From Glaucostegus cemiculus (Eukaryota): a stretch of 64,000 bases of DNA. Below, piece by piece: positions 13,125-25,679 of the stretch. The notes beneath the pieces are model-generated. The model made no database searches and was not told the DNA's origin. It was given only the letters and a program-made list of their open reading frames with translations. The stretch covers positions 13,206,001 to 13,270,000 of the forward strand of contig CDPCPM010000063.1 of the NCBI GenBank assembly GCA_976551045.1. Direction: 5' to 3'. The first letter of the stretch is position 1, and every line of letters begins with the position of its first letter. The position numbers and the translations under genes were made by a program.

Positions 13125-13178
13125 CTGTGAAACTGCTCCCTGTAACCAGTGGCAACTTCATGAGTAATGTCCTTTAGG
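13125..13178 (-). CDS. TMX3: TMX3 exon
   Basis: ttttgttttccag|C CTA...CAC AG|gttggt. Reads (S)LKDITHEVATGYREQFH(R) (human RLKSIIQEVARDYRDLFHR). 54 nt, and the phases fit both neighbours. Confidence 0.93.
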
Positions 13179-13429
13179 CTGGAAAACAAAAAAATAATAG
13201 AAACAAGTTGGCAATCTTACAGCAAAGCTTGTGCACTGCCGTTTATTCTGCATTATATATCATAAATAAGATGACTTGATCAGTTAACTAGAGTCTGCAA
13301 GATTTCATCTAAATTATCAAACTTTGGCTGAACTAGAAGGGGTTTCTTTGAGGCATAATTGGAACAGTTTTAATTATACATATAAAATATACAAAATACA
13401 TGAACAAGTGAGAACTAAGGCATGGAGGA

Positions 13430-14360
13430 GAAGGACAAGATGGAAAACAGAGGTCAGCATGCATCAGCAGCATGTGTATAAGGAACAGCAGTTAGAGGAA
13501 TGGGGAGTTCATTTGTGGGTAATGTAGGGCATGAGGGTAATACTGTGACAGAAACACAAGGGCTAACATTTTAAATACGAGTCTGTGGGTGGCTAGGTAT
13601 CAATGGAGGACACTATATTACAGAACAAGAGAATACATGCAGGCAAGATTTAGATAAGTCTAAGTTCAGAGAGGGTGGATGACTGGAGGTTGACCAAGAG
13701 ACCATTTGAATCATCAGATACAGAGATGACACACTGACATCATTGAGGATTGAAGTTTGGACAGTGGTGTCAATATTTGAATTGATCTTCAGAAGTTCAG
13801 CAAATCACCAAGTTCTACGCAGGTGAGTCCCTGACAGTGGCAAGGGAGAATGATGGAATTAATAGCAAGGCTACAGAGTACATTGAGCAGGAGTTTAAAT
13901 GAGGAAAGAATTGCAAAATTAATCAACAGAGAGCACTCATGTATGAGCAGAGAATTGCCATGAGTGTGCAGACTGCTCTCTGACAGGTGCAGAGGTGTGA
14001 ATCATGGAAAGTGATATCACTTCTGCAGAACTAGGGATCGCCCCGCCTCCCCTCCCCTCCATTCTTGCACCTCTTCAGCACGAGCAGAGTCCTTTTCAGA
14101 TTCTGCAGAGGGCACTCTGAGGAAAAGAGTGGTGTTGGATAAGTACCTGACAATGCAGAGAAAGTGGAAGGAAGTGGATAATTGCAGCTTGTTAGGATAC
14201 CTGGCAGCATGACTCACAACCAAGGGAACCACACAGATGAGAAAAAGGAGAGGACTGGGGATTGATCCTTATAGGATCATGCAGGCAATATCATGTGATG
14301 GGAGTGTATGACATTGTTATTGACACTGTTTGGATAGCTAAGAGCAGAAGAGAGGGCAGC
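13430..14360 (-). mobile_element. Old L2-clade LINE fragment
   Basis: The minus strand reads GSIPSPLLFL (~PQGSILGPLLF) near 14240-14280. The purine-rich plus strand is typical of antisense L2. Confidence 0.5.
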
Positions 14361-15460
14361 CTAATTCTGTATATTGTCTAATCAGTTGTCTACATGGGTC
14401 GGGTGGAAATAGTTTTGGTGACCACTGTAAGCAAATAAACTGCCCTCTCATATAACATAATAATTAAAGCTTTTATTCATTTGTTAAGAGACTTGGTGAG
14501 ACCCCATCTTTATATTAATCCAAGTATAGATTTGGACAAAATGTGTACAATAATATGGTGCTAAAGGTTCTGAGAAAGTGAAATAGGGCAAAAGTGAAGA
14601 TCACTTTGTATTCATGCGTCCCATGAGGAAGAGAACTACTGGTGACATCCTCAGAGGTCAGCTCAACTCCGATGTGCATACCTGTGTATTAAAATGCAAA
14701 ATCAGAGATGAGATGGAGCATCTGAACACCTGCACCATGGCTGGATTCACCATCAAGCCCAGCAGTGGAGCACTGATGTGTTAAGCTGAGGGGCCAGAGT
14801 ACATCTGACTGCCATTGCTGTGAGACAATTGCAGGTGATTCATTTTAATTTCCTTTAGATACTGGCACCAATGACAGTGTTGCCGCAAGGATAATAAGGA
14901 GTGTTGTGGTGGGGGTGGGGTGCTGGAGGAGTAAAGACGGAGTAAAAATGCCTCAAACCATGATACGCTGCACTTGCAGGGACAGGCAAGTTGAAATTTA
15001 CAATGGCTGCAGAATCATTTGCAGTATGGGCCTTCCATATACAGTGACAAAAAAGCTTGTTGTGAAAAGTATATTATCAAGAACAGGTATTAAATATTTC
15101 CCCTTGTTATATACATTAAAAAGTTCATGGAGGCGTCAGGTTTCAGTTCCAGATGCCAAAGCAACTGCGAGGTTGCTGAGGCACACTTGTGTTGTTAAAC
15201 CTGATTGAATGTATTCCAGTAGATTACATCAGATGACCTCTCACCCATATCCTTCTGACATTGGAAAATCCATCCCACCATTTCCATCTATAATATTCTC
15301 ATTAATAAATGAAAGTGTTTGAAGAAAATTAAATATTTTACAATGCCCCAATTACTTTTGGCCTAGGTATTTTTGGAAGCATTCAGAAGGTTAATTCCCA
15401 ATATTTGTAAACTTTAGGACAATTGTGGAAGGTTAACAAACCTAAAGCACACCATCATAC

Positions 15461-15518
15461 CTTGCATGTTCATCAGATGAATTCTTGCCATCGATAACAG
15501 CAACTACCACAAGCTTTC
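15461..15518 (-). CDS. TMX3: TMX3 exon
   Basis: tttcttcag|GA AAG...GCA AG|gtatga. Reads (G)KLVVVAVIDGKNSSDEHA (human GKLVALAVIDEKNTSVEHT). 58 nt; the N-glycosylation sequon is retained as NSS. Confidence 0.95.
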
Positions 15519-16756
15519 CTGAAGAAATCATACAGTCGTTAGATCACAGGGTTCTGTTACACCAAAACTATTTGCATAGAATGATTTTACTATCAAATCA
15601 GCTGAATTCAATGGAAAACTGCATGCGCATGACACACACAGCATGAGGACATTTTTTCAGAACAGGTGCAGTCTCAGTCAACGTGTGTATTTCTTTATGG
15701 CAAACACTGATCCTGCCATTATATATAGCTTTTTGCTGTCTATTGATCTTGTTTGATTCTTTCTGACACTCCAAATTTCCTTTCCAATGTAAGCCTGCTT
15801 TCTCCATCCATATTTGAAGCCATCACTTTTTTTCTTGTTTTGTTTATAACCACTGTTTAACCATTATTTTTTTTCCCTTGACCATTTTCTATTACTTCTG
15901 AGTCTTTCGGAAAGCTCCTATCATTTATAAAGCCCATTTAACTGCAAATTTAGGCCACTACTAGTCAATTAAAAAAAGCTGTATATAAAAATTAAAAATA
16001 CAATTAACTGGATCAATGGTGGTCAATTCATTTCTACTTTGAAAAATATTTTGCAACTCTGCAGAAAGCAAGTAATGGAATAGACAAAATAGAATCTTAC
16101 AGCTCATTTATCCTATAAATTTGAGGTTACAGTAACTTTAAATCTTGAACTAGGTATTAATTGGGTGTATTACAATGCCCATACTACAAACTCTTGATTT
16201 CCAGCCACTCAAGAACAAAACTGTGCCAAAGTGGAGACATAAAAATCACACAACACCATTAAATATAACCTGTTTAAAGAAAATATTTCATTAAGTCTTG
16301 TGTTTTGAGCTATTAACTTGCTTCCCTGCTAATGTGAAGGCAACTTGAAACTACTTATTTAAGCAATTAGGAGATGAACAAGAGAGGTATTGAACTTTCC
16401 CCACCTCAAGTGAACTTCCCAAGGCACCTGTGTGGCATTTCCCCGCAGAAGATGAGCTTAAGATTCAGGGTTGTTAAAGAACTTGCTTCCTGCTACATAT
16501 TTGGTGTCTTCAAAGCACATGGCCTTTTCAACCATGGTGAACCACTTAAATTAATGGTCTAATTTTCCTTGTTTGTCCAGCTGTCAGATTCTGTGTGACT
16601 TGTACCTCACCTTCCAGGTGCCAGAAAATTATAGTACAAGGTTCACAAATATAAACCTAGCAGCAAATCAAATATAAATATTGCAATTTTATTCAGAACA
16701 ATTTCAAACTACAAATACAAACAGTCCAATACAAAAAAAAAGAAATGGGAGAGTAC

Positions 16757-16855
16757 CTGTGTCTGCAAGTTCATACAAAGTGAAACCATCAATGTAAAGA
16801 TATCCCAAGAATCTTTCTTTATTCACCCACGAAGACAGATCTCCATCTTCATATT
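16757..16855 (-). CDS. TMX3: TMX3 exon
   Basis: tatccctcag|AA TAT...ACA G|gtactc. Reads (E)YEDGDLSSWVNKERFLGYLYIDGFTLYELADT (human EYEDGDLSSWINRERFQNYLAMDGFLLYELGDT). 99 nt. Confidence 0.97.
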
Positions 16856-17659
16856 CTGAGGGATAGAAAAATTAAAATGATATGGTCAATTGTGCCAATG
16901 AACTTAATTTGCAACTCATCACAATTACAACAAAACTAAAATTGAGAAAAAGCTATATATTATTTCCTTAATCAAATATATTAAGTCTTTGCACAAAAAT
17001 GCTACCTTATTCCCGATTCATGGTTGGCGGTTTTGGTGATGAGATGCGGGTAGAACGTAAAGATTTAGGTGAACAAGTGGGACATTAGAAAATTGCAAGG
17101 AAAAGGTCCATTAGCCTTCCACAGATGACACACAGTGCTCTTTATCACATACTCTAATTTACTTATTTTAACACCCTGAGAAATATTTTCTCAATATTTG
17201 GGAAGTCTGTTTCTTTGCCCATAACCAAATTCAACAGCTTTAATTCTTTAGAAGCCATTTCCTTAAAAAAAATTATACTCGAGTCCCTGATTGCCCAGTT
17301 GGCAAGTGCACTTGCTACTAGGTTTAAGACAGAGAAGATCCTGGTTCTGTTTGAAATCCATCCTGATCTCAGCTAGAATAATTCTTCAGCCTCAGCTGCT
17401 CAGGCACAAGAGAAGGAAAAATATAATCAGTGCTCCAAGTATCCAAATGTTAGGCAATGGATGCTGGGGATTGAGTGCATCTGGTTCAATTCTAATACTC
17501 CATTGTCAAATACCCCACCTACACCCTCATTTAATAAATATGTTCTTTGGTAAGGTGATAGAATGCATAAAATAGAGCATGACTAACTGTCAGTCTCAGT
17601 TTAAATAGACTGCAAATGGGACGAGGATATTAGCTTGATTATTTTCTCCTTGGATGCTA

Positions 17660-18890
17660 AGGAAAATGGATCAGGTCCAGCAAGACCAAGACAACATCCA
17701 AGCATGGGCTGATTAATGGAAATTACATTTATTCCAATGAAAGTGCCAAATAATGACCACCTTCAATAGGGGAGAATCTAATCACCTAACCTTCAATCAA
17801 TTGCTTTACCATCATCAAACTTCTCCGCACTATCAACATCATGTGGGTCACCACTGAGCAGAAACTCAACTGAACACACTATATAAATAGTATGGCCTCA
17901 TTAGCAGGTCAGGGGCTGGGTATGCAGTAGTGAGTGACTAACCACCTGGCATCCCAAAGCCCTTCCATCAACTGCAAGGCACATCACTAGTAATGGAATA
18001 TTCGCCATTTGCCCGGTTCTCCCGCTCATTATATGTTCCATATTTCATCCATAATTTGACAGTTAAACAGGACCTGTACATTTTCTTCTGATAATTGTGC
18101 AGATGCAAAAATAACTGAACAATTTTTTGAATTTGTGTCCAAGTTTTCTTCCCTTCTGTGGTTCAGGCAGCTTGGAACTACTCATTTAATTAATTAGGAA
18201 AAATACAAGCTTGTTTTACAGCCTGCAAGAGAATTTTTTTTGTCACTGTTCCAAGTGAGAAATTGGAATGGCTCTCCACTATATATACCATTGGGTACTA
18301 TATATAGGTTTGTGTTCTTTAGCAAACAATAATCTAAATGGAATGCTCATCATTATAACTATAGGCCAAGAATACAAAGGTAATTATGCTCTGCCAAAGT
18401 CACAAAGTTTTGACCAGACATCTGGAGTGTACTATCAGCTCAGAAAAGACATACTGAGCTTGGACACTGAACAACAGATTCATCAGAATGCTACTAATGT
18501 GATAAAGGCGGGATTATGAGGACAAACAGTTACACAAACTAGAACTTGGAACAAAGTTTGAGGGTCAATAGGAATGGACAAGGTAAAGAGAAGTTTTTGG
18601 CTTTGTAGGGGAGTCTAGGATAAGGGGATGGAACTTTAAAATTAGAACTAGGCAATCAAAGAAATAAGTACTTATACACACCAAGGGTGGCAGAAGAACA
18701 GAACTCCAGCATAAACAAAGCAGTGGATGAGCTCAATAAATATTTAAATTAAAGCAACAGATTATTGCTAGCCAAAAATATTGAGAAAATTATAGAGTAA
18801 AAGTCACCAAGTAGAGTTAGGGTGAAGATCAACCAAGATTACAGAATGACAACAAAACTGAATGACGTACTCCTGTTCCTATTATTCAAA
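17660..18890 (+). mobile_element. Two decayed CR1/L2-group LINE 3' fragments
   Basis: First, cagcaagaccaagacaacatccaagcatgggctga (QQDxDNIQAWA). Then gaccagacatctggagtg...ggggagtctaggataagggg...actcctgttcctatt, a CR1 3' tail. Confidence 0.5.
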
Positions 18891-21800
18891 AGATAAACTC
18901 AAACTTTACCAGTTCATCTAGGTCATGACATATACAAAACAGGCCTTCCAACTGTTCACTAACAAAAAGGCACCTCTTAACACTTGGCTATTCAAAAACC
19001 ACATCATCTGTTAGGCTTTGCAAATTTGAATTTGCACAGCTCGTGATACTTTACATGTTGGAGCATACATAGAATAATAGAGCCAATAGAAACATTTCTT
19101 TCCATTTTATGGCACTCTGCCCATGTCACGAATGAACCTCATTGGTCACTGCACACATATAATTAAAAAGGAAGTGGTGCTTTTACTCACCTCATACCAC
19201 TCCAGTATGAAGACAGCCAACGTACTAAAATAAAACCGCCTGGTTGAGTCAACTCCCAATTAGTGAAGTTGGGATAAAAAAAAAGGTACCAGTGTCTCGG
19301 CAGTCAGATTTAATCAGGTAGGTATTTCCACAATTAACTTTTTAAAAATATTACTTCAAATAGTTTATGGGAAGGCTAAGAAGTCCCCAAAAGGTTCAGC
19401 TCATTAAGGCAGTGGGTCTGATTTAAGGATTTTGCAGTCAAATGCCTGATCCATGCTAAGTACATTAACCAGGCTGGTAGCAGAAGTATTACTACGGACT
19501 GAACTGCCTTTGGTTGTGGAGATGGGTGGAAAGAAAAACGCTAGGGAAAATCATGAAGAAAATTGCTATCACAGACATGTGAATATGGAATAAAGACAGG
19601 ATCAGTTGTGTTGTGATGTTCCCTACAGTTAAAGCTCATATAGGAAGGCTGTGAGTTGCTGACATGATGTAAGAAATAAATGTTTCTGAAAGATGGGGGA
19701 TAATGGAAAGTTGATTCAAAATGGATACAAAATTTAAAAATGTTAAAACTGCAAGAACAGCCAGACTCTCCTCCACTGGGCAGGAGGGAAATATTGTTGG
19801 ATTAATGATCTTTCAATTCCTATATTTGATCAGAAGTTTTATAAAGTAGGGTTGGAGGGTTGGTTGTGCTTTTTTGATAAATCAAAGTGTGTGTGTGGGG
19901 GGGGAGGGGGGTGGAAGGGGGGAAGAGGATTGTTAAATTTAAAATTTTCCACAATTGGAAGCCATCAAAGGTCAGTAGGGGCAGCCAAGTGGGACTCGGT
20001 GGAGGACAGGACACCAGCCACAAATATCTGAATAAGCCAAGGTTTGCAGAATGAAGTAGCAGCAGGATGAGCAGGGCAAGACTGTAAATACATGTCTGAC
20101 AATGACAAGGGCATGGATGACACGGAAGAGCATTTCTGGAGCAGATGGACTAAGGCAGGAGACTACATATAAATAAATGCCATTGGTGATTGAGAGGATA
20201 TAATGCCAGAAAGTCAGCAGGATTCAAAAAGGACTGATGTTGTAAACAGTATGGTTCAATCCGAGAAGGTGACTAGAGAGTAAGCTACAGCTTTGTCCAA
20301 GTCTATAAATGAACCATCTACTACAATGTATTCATTCCACCATAAAGGAAAACAGCACCGGGGATTAACACTCATGGGTGTGTATAATTTCAGAATTGTA
20401 GGTTCATGTGAATGCAATCTTTTCTGGTAATCCCTTTTTATGCTGAAAGAAGTTTGTTATTGCAGAATTGATCAAATTAATAATGTCAAAAATTACTTCA
20501 AACTGAGAACTCTATATCTGGACCTAAAAAGAACATTTTCCAAATGACAAAAAGTTGTAAACTGTGGAGGACCAAAGCAACTTGAAGTCCATATACATAT
20601 TAATAAAATGTTCAAGTCCAAAAGTCCAAAAGGATAATGAAATACTTGGCTTCATTTCTAGTAGAAGTCAAAAGCCATGCTACAAGCATACAAATTAAAA
20701 ATAAAAAACAGCAGAGGCTGAAATCTGAGATAGAAAAGAGCTCTAATTCCTCTAGTGATAAAAGCAAGCATTGAAAAGAACAAGTCAAATGATAAACAGC
20801 TTTAAGATAAAGAGCTTTCATTTAAATCTTTAAAATGACTTGATACTTAAGCTGCTGTCAATTTAAAATAATTGCATTAAATGAATTTTAAATGCATTTT
20901 GAAATTTCACTTGCTGAATTTAGACAACCTAGACCGAGCCATCAAGTTACAACCTGTAATTAAAATCCTGTCAATTTTAAACAAACCAATGAAAGTATGA
21001 CCTTACAAATTAAGAATATTTTCTTTGCATTTTGTGTTTCCCTCTTTCCTTTAAATTTAGGCAGGGTTATTTATCCTTGATTCTGAAAGGATACAATTTA
21101 ATTTATTTCTACGTGCTGCCTCCATTGCCGAGCCAAATTTTGCTATTAAAATAAAGTTGGGGTTAAGGATGCTTCATGCATTACACGCACAAGTATCCTT
21201 TAGGTAACATGATAAATGATAATGACACATCCCTTCCCTTTCAATGCACAATCATCAGCTCACACTTTCATCAACTTTGTGACCCAAGTCTAACCAACAG
21301 CCTACACCATGAGATGATTTCCTGCAGTAAAGCCTAACCCATGAATATGCTACTTCGAGAATGAACCTGTAACAAGCACATCTGTGCAACACAAGGTTTA
21401 ATGGATGATAGCTTTTTGCTTGTCTCTGACTGTAATCTGGAAATGATTCTATTTGAATCCACATTTTGCTGGCCAGACAATTCTAAACACTGATGTTTTA
21501 CTCTTGTAAGTTACAGGTATTTCCACCAGTCCACTTCATGGCTCAATCACACAACACAGACCACCTTTCTATTATAGTACATGAAGACGATGTGGAAAGT
21601 TCCATGTTTGTTGTCCAGGTAACTTGCTGCAATCATACGCTGCTACAATATTGGTCAGAAAAATCATATTTTGACAATACGCAAATAAAACAAATCCAAG
21701 CTACACTTTCAAATACAAACGACAGCATCCAATTTGTACTGAAAGTCTTGCGTCGATCATCTTCATTGCAAAACTGTGACTACTGGACACCCTTTGTAAT

Positions 21801-22301
21801 TGGACTCATGTTGGATGCAACGTCAAGAGGCTATCAACTACCTTCCAGAACAACGTGGAATGGGGATGTCAAGCAGCTGCTGAAAGACAAGGCCGTTCTA
21901 TTAACCAAGTAGCAATGCTTGTATTATTGCAAAGAAATAATCTGCTGATCTCTGTCGTACTCTAAAATGGATTCCTTGTGGGTATGTACCGGACTGTTTA
22001 CAATAACCACCTACATGGCAAATTATTCAAGTCAAGGATCAACAGAACATTTTGGGGGGGGGGGGGGGGGGAAGAAGGAAATGTCTCATCCCTCTAATCA
22101 ACTTCTCCTAACGATTGTAACCTTACTTTGCTCCACCCTTGGATGCACCCAACACTAAACAAGAAGGGAGTTGTAAGAACTTCTTCTCAGATCACAGATG
22201 CTGTGTGGTACTTACTGTAAGCTACATGAGAGGCCACTGAATGTTAGCCACATTAAGCACCTCTGCTTTCACAACTGATAAATATAACCTACAGTGTTGT
22301 T

Positions 22302-22440
22302 ACATAGAACATAGAACAATACAGCACAGAACAGGCCCTTCGGCCCATCAAGCTGTGCCATCCTACAAACATCTCCCAAACTAACTCTTTCCACCCTCAT
22401 ATCCTACTATTCCACATTCTTCCATGTGCTTATCTAACAA
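22302..22440 (-). mobile_element. CR1/HER1-type 3' tail fragment
   Basis: acatagaacatagaacaatacagcacagaacaggcccttcggccc is the antisense of the tail at ~30695-30728. Confidence 0.75.
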
Positions 22441-22499
22441 AAGGTAGCATGGAGTTTAATCCAGGCAGTCATTTTTTGTTATATATAGTAGGGATGTCT

Positions 22500-23900
22500 G
22501 GAGTTAGTAAATTTCCATCTTGCTCTTACATTCAATAAGGTCACCATTGAACTTGTGCATCAACTCTAGTTTCCTGACCTCATTAAATCCCTATATTGCC
22601 TTAAAGTCAAAGATCTTATTAGTCATGAAGACAAAGTAACTAAACATCCACAAAAAATCAATCATGCGGGTGCATAGGTTTTCCACATCTTGGTCACAAA
22701 TGGCCAATTTCTTATCCCAAAACCATGACACCCCAATTCTTGGCTCTCAAATCACAGTACCATCCTCTCAATAGCTTCCCTATTAAATCCTTCACACCAA
22801 TACAGTTCAATTAGATTATTTCTCATTCTTTTATGAATGTAGACTTACTCCACATACTGTCTCACATCCCAGAGATCAATGACTTCCAATCAACCCCTTT
22901 CAGTATATCCTTCTTTAAATAAGGAAATGAAGATTATAGACAATACTCAAGATATAATCTCACCAAAATCCAATGTAATTGTCTAGTCCTCCTGCAGTAA
23001 AGACTATCTTATCCTTTAACTTCCTTATTGCTTCCTATACTTGCAGGTCAACTTGGCAAACCTTTTATACCAGGACCCCTCAAATCCCTCTGAAAACTTC
23101 ACACTGAACTGGTGGCCTGATAACATCTGCCTCATGGTTTACTTTCCCAAATGGCATTATTTTGTGAGAATACTTGGATTTATTCTACAGTATTCCTCAT
23201 TCATTTGGTACAAATTGTAAATAACCAAGGGTCAAGCATGGTCCTCTGCAGCTTTCCAATGGTTATACATGTCACTTATTTCTTTTTACCTTTGTCCGTT
23301 TAAATATCCTCAAATGCTAGAGAGATTTCTTAAGCATCATTTCTTTTTTCATAAAACACTGCTGATTCTGTCTAATCATATTGTGATTTTCCAAGTAATC
23401 TGTTAGTACATCCTTAATCTTAAAATCTAGCATTTTCTCACCCCTGCTGAAAAGGATCCAACAGAGGATCATTGACCCAAAACATTAATTCTGTTTTAGT
23501 CTCCACAGAAACTGCCTGATTAGTTGACTATTTCTAACATTTTCAGTGTTCATTTCAGCATTACTTTTGTTTTGCTTACTCCTGACGTCAGGCAAACTGG
23601 CCTATTATTCCCCATTTTGTTCAACTCTCCTTTCAGTTGGTTTACATTTGCTACTTTTCAACCAGAAAGTCTATTCTAAAATCTAGAGAACTCTGAAATG
23701 TCAAAACCAATGCACCTATTATATCTACCACCACCTCTTAACTCACTAGAATGTTGGACACTAGATCCAATGGATGAGTCAGCTTTTCATCACATTAAAA
23801 ATGAACCAATACTGGAGAAATTAATGTCAAATGTTTTGAGTTCCTCTTTCTCATTAGAGTCTTGGCTCCTACAATTAATGTTACTCTCATTGCATCCTTT
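22500..23900 (-). mobile_element. Old CR1 LINE (decayed), interrupted by a Penelope-derived short repeat at ~23440-23560
   Basis: Antisense CR1 landmarks: caatactcaagatataatctcacca, caggacccctcaaatccctctg, cctgacgtcaggcaaactggcctatt. Confidence 0.55.
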
Positions 23901-25158
23901 ACTGTAGAGGCAGATTGGAAGCCATTTGTTTTATTTCTTTATCACCCTGCTTTAATTGCATGTTTCCTAATTGCATGATTAAATTTACCACAATTGCCAT
24001 GTGCGACTTTTAATGCCTTTATTAGTCTTTACTTCAGATTACAGGTTATTTCGGCTCTTCAGACTTTGGCTGGCTATTTTCGCTTCACAATTTTGAGATA
24101 TCTTGATCAGATGTTAAGTCTGAGCACGTGCAGACCTTCCCTGAATATGAGCAGCAGAGGTAATAGAGTGCATTTGTCACGTAAAGTTTGACAGACTCTG
24201 CTTTTTCTAAGAGACTTTGAAAGAAAACATAGCTTCAATCGCCAAAGCCTTATTTCAGATACATTTATTTTTATTTAAATGTATTAACAACAGACATCTG
24301 TTCAGAGAAATGTGTGAATGGTAGCTCCTATGTTCCAATTTTCTTTATGGCTGTTAGTAAACAATTATAGAAAACAAAAGGGCCTAACAAAGAAATTGGG
24401 GGTCCTCTCACCATCATAATTGTTAAGGAAAAAGATTATGCTTATATGATTTCGGACAGAAGTAGCACAAACATGATATCTTCTTTGATTCTATGTAGAG
24501 GTGAAACTGCTAACAATGGTGACAGCACTGTATTATAGAGTATAAATAGAATACAGATGAGTTAGGGAAAAGGGATAAAGAGTGTTAGAAGTGGTTGGTG
24601 TAGAAAGGTATGTGGAGGTGATGCAATACAAGTATGGCTGTGTGAATGGCACATGTCAAAATGAAAATATTCTATTTCCCTCGCCATAACATTGCTATAT
24701 CTTGGGAAAGCCCTACAAAAAAACTCGATCTCCCCAAAAAACCTCTAAAAAAAAAAAAAAAAAAAGTCCTCTTATTTTACTGGAACCCCATACTTCTCTT
24801 CCCTTGCCAATGTGCAGCCTATTCCTCAGGATAAGTCAGCATGAAAAAAATGGTAATAATGTTAAAATATTACCAGTAATAATGCTTGGCATGACAACCT
24901 GCTCCTTGCTTTAATTGCACCGACATGAATGTCTTCTCTCATCTCAAATTCACTTCTCCATCTGAGATAGCTTTAATTCCTTTTTTCTTTTAAATAAGGG
25001 TGGTAGGCAGAAAACTGAACACAATCCCCAAACAAATTAACAATATTTTGCATAAGCATTTTTTTTTTCTTTGGTCTTCAATTCTGTGACCCTATTTATA
25101 AAATATAAACTTTTTGATGACATTGGTTATAGCATTTGAATATACATTCCCACTTTGT

Positions 25159-25679
25159 CGTTGTCGTGCTATCCCTCACAGTTGAGGATGATGGTCTTCG
25201 TTCCATTCATCTGTTTATGGGCTCTCAAGTGGCTTATGCTTTTGAGCCAGTTCTTGACTAGGAGTTTCCAGCCATCACAATGCCTGCTCCCGTTGCCCTC
25301 CCCCGATCGTTGAAAGACTTGAGAAGCAGCCCACAGAGCAAAGATGCCTGTGCATGTATTTGTTTAACGTGTACTTGATGCTGCACTACAAAAAGCACAC
25401 GATACTTCACAAATCAACCAACTGATTCCAATGGCATGGAAACCACTACAACTGGAGCGGATACATTTATTGCAGCCTTCATCGGCCTTCACAGCTGTTG
25501 AGTTTGAAGTAACTTCGTCCACCTGCTCCACCATTGAGGTTTTGGTTGGATTGTTCTTTGTCAGGGACCTCACCATCGACCTTACCGCCATGGATGACCC
25601 TACCAGGAGCACAGCTCCAGATGGCATCACTCTCGGGAGCTCAGGACCACCTAAGCTTCTTCACCATGGCAAGGTGACA
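25159..25679 (-). mobile_element. Non-autonomous bipartite RTE-derived element with 13-bp TSD
   Basis: TSD attcccactttgt (25146-25158) / attcccaccttgt (25680-25692). The minus-strand 5' end caccttgccatggtgaagaagctt...ctcctggtagggtcatccatggc resembles the RTE/Expander 5' UTR. It has a (acg/aca)-type tail and no RT. Confidence 0.7.

Noticed and set aside
22054-22071. Poly-G/poly-A runs and short microsatellites (also ~2901, 7397, 24747, 26137, 53528)
   Set aside because: Ordinary low-complexity sequence with no supporting context.
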